A stretch of 64,000 bases of DNA from Bulleidia sp. (GTDB lineage Bacteria; Bacillota_I; Bacilli_A; Erysipelotrichales; Erysipelotrichaceae): positions 8,136 to 72,135 of the forward strand of contig JAZUHS010000240.1 of NCBI GenBank assembly GCA_045641845.1. The letters run 5' to 3'. Shown piece by piece: positions 62,181 through 64,000 of the stretch (its first letter is position 1; each line of letters opens with the position of its first letter). Both the position numbers and the translations under genes were made by a program. The notes under the pieces are model-generated. The model was not told the DNA's origin, made no database searches, and worked only from the letters and a program-made list of their open reading frames with translations.

Positions 62181-63113
62181 TCATTCCCCTTCGACAATTG
62201 CCGCCACACACGCCAGAATTTCTTCTACAAATGCTTCGCGGTCTACATTCATGATGACTTTCGCATTGCACTCTTCTGCTTCGAAATCAGCGATCACTTC
62301 TCCACGTGTATAGATACCCTTTGTGTCGACAGAGATACGGGCATCATGCATCTCAAACAGTTCAGGCTTCAGTAATCCAAGAACAGCACACGGGTCATGT
62401 AATGGCCATCCTTTGTATCCCATCGCTTCATGTGTACCGCCGAAGAAGTCCAGCCATCCTGCCACAATCTTTGCTGTATCAGTACCTAATGCTCTGATTT
62501 GTTCAATTTCATATGGATAAATCAGAGCTTTTTCCGTAACATCCAGACCAGCAAGAACAATCGGAACACCGGAACTGAATACAACATCAGCAGCTTCCGG
62601 GTCTACGAGAATATTGAACTCTGCCGCAGGAATCCAGTTTCCTGTTTCAATACCACCGCCCATGATGTAGAACGCTTTGATCTTGTGCTTCAGATCAGGT
62701 CTATACAGTATCAGTGCTGCAATGTTTGTTTCTGCACCTGTTGCCACAATTACTACAGGATCCTCGCTTTTCTCCAGTACTTCTGCCATCAGTTCAACTG
62801 CAGACTTATCACTTAATTTCAGATGATGTCCCGGAAGTTCAGCACCATCAAGTCCTGTAGCACCATGAAATTCTCCTGCTGTAATACCCGGTACAACCAG
62901 AGGTCCATAAGCACCTTTGGCGATCGGTGCATCAATATGAAACAGTGCACATACATTCAGTGCATTTCTTGTGACATTCTCAATATCCTTATTTCCTGCA
63001 ACAGTGGTAACAGCCTTGATATCCAGCACGTCTGAACCTGCCGCAAGCATCCAGGCAATCGCATCATCATGTCCGGGATCTCCATCCAGAATGATCGGTA
63101 TTTTCTTATTCAT
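62181..63113 (-). CDS. Inosine/uridine-preferring nucleoside hydrolase
   Basis: DGDPGHDDA Ca-binding motif, AGN, AEFNILVDPEAA, LHDP. Confidence 0.95.
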   Translation of the reverse strand: MNKKIPIILDGDPGHDDAIAWMLAAGSDVLDIKAVTTVAGNKDIENVTRNALNVCALFHIDAPIAKGAYGPLVVPGITAGEFHGATGLDGAELPGHHLKLSDKSAVELMAEVLEKSEDPVVIVATGAETNIAALILYRPDLKHKIKAFYIMGGGIETGNWIPAAEFNILVDPEAADVVFSSGVPIVLAGLDVTEKALIYPYEIEQIRALGTDTAKIVAGWLDFFGGTHEAMGYKGWPLHDPCAVLGLLKPELFEMHDARISVDTKGIYTRGEVIADFEAEECNAKVIMNVDREAFVEEILACVAAIVEGE

Positions 63114-63238
63114 GATTATTTACCTTTTTTACTCTTTCTGACTCCATCATACACTAGACACACATGTTCATTTCATTCAAAAAACATATAAAAGCTCAGA
63201 GCATCACTGACTCTGAGCTGATGATTGATTCAGTTGTA

Positions 63239-63412
63239 TTATGCAATTCTGCTGTAATCAGCACCCTTTACATACAGTCTGTAAATTGTACGATCATCAG
63301 AAATGACTGTTCTGCTTGTAGTACAGCTGATGCCCCGGCTCTGAACACGATGCATAGCTTCTCTGAATGCATTAATATCTTCTGTTTCAATATACTGAAC
63401 GGCAAAATTCAC
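63239..63412 (-). CDS. Small protein, possibly DUF2007/GlnB-like
   Basis: GAGGAGG RBS before a GTG start; ..SRGISC......YRLYV...D pattern; terminator downstream. Confidence 0.55.
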   Translation of the reverse strand: MNFAVQYIETEDINAFREAMHRVQSRGISCTTSRTVISDDRTIYRLYVKGADYSRIA

Positions 63413-63655
63413 TAGTGATGTCCTCCTCAAGTAACTACATCATAAATGATGTAAAGCATTTCTTTCCTTAAGACTGTCTTCATGCATATTTTACTATGAA
63501 TCAGGATATTGTTCATCCTCTGCGAATCTCATCCAACAGTGCCTGAACAACATGTGAATGACTGTATATACAACCACTCACTGCACCAATAAGGCATTTA
63601 GAAGAAAAAAGTACATTAGGATAAAGAATCCTTAATGTACTCTTTCAATACTTGT

Positions 63656-64000
63656 TTATTCAGATACTGCTTCTGTTTCTGCAGGAGTTTCCGCCGCTGC
63701 TGTTTCTTCTGTAACTTCTGCTGTTTCTTCTGCCGGTTCTTCAGGTTCCGGATCCATAATCGCAATGGAGGATACAGTCTGATCATCCTTCAGAGAGATT
63801 ACCTTTACACCACGAGCAGAACGTCCAAGAACATTGACCTGCTTCAGGGAGATACGGATGACAATACCTACATTCGTAATGATCATGCAGTCTTCATCAC
63901 CGTTTACAGCCTTCAGACATACCAGATCACCTGTATTCTCAGAGATTGCTACAGCCTTGACACCCTTGGCACCACGGTTGGTCAGTCTGAATTCATCGAT
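63656..64000 (-). CDS. gyrA: DNA gyrase subunit A, C-terminal part (partial)
   Basis: FRLTNRGAKGVK and GRSARGVKVI pinwheel repeats with an acidic tail; followed by a terminator. Confidence 0.95.
   Translation of the reverse strand: MDEFRLTNRGAKGVKAVAISENTGDLVCLKAVNGDEDCMIITNVGIVIRISLKQVNVLGRSARGVKVISLKDDQTVSSIAIMDPEPEEPAEETAEVTEETAAAETPAETEAVSE

Overview
A 64-kb origin-proximal chromosomal segment of a Firmicute. Gene content and order suggest Erysipelotrichaceae (Solobacterium-like), but that assignment is inference. Almost all genes are on the minus strand, consistent with the leading strand of a replichore whose oriC lies to the right of the window, beyond the partial gyrA. Most of the window is housekeeping: gyrA, serS with T-box, a minimal SRP RNA, tadA-dnaX-ebfC-recR-fhs, mnmG-rsmG-noc-soj-spo0J, the full atp operon, mnmE-tatD-rnmV-rsmA-ispE-prs, metG with T-box, nadK, mutS-uvrA-hprK, rapZ-yvcK-whiA and gap. 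It also carries a solitary tnpB, three peptidases and several hypothetical genes. No CRISPR array, rRNA, tRNA or prophage was seen. The most interesting unexplained signals are: (1) a ~270-nt orphan riboswitch-like leader (promoter, multi-hairpin junction, terminator/antiterminator) in front of a lipoprotein M28 peptidase; (2) a translationally coupled fhs / PUA-like reader / mnmG / ThyX-fold gene module, suggesting an uncharacterised folate/FAD-dependent uracil-modification system; (3) a terminator-bounded ~450-nt unit encoding only micro-ORFs and hairpins; (4) several apparent pseudo-enzymes (Lgt*-HAD fusion, PTS EIICB lacking its catalytic Cys and GITE motif, truncated nucleoside hydrolase paralog); (5) a perfect parS site embedded in the serS T-box leader, whose promoter shares its -35 region with a divergent RHH-like gene. 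All family assignments come from motif recognition by eye; no database searches were run.
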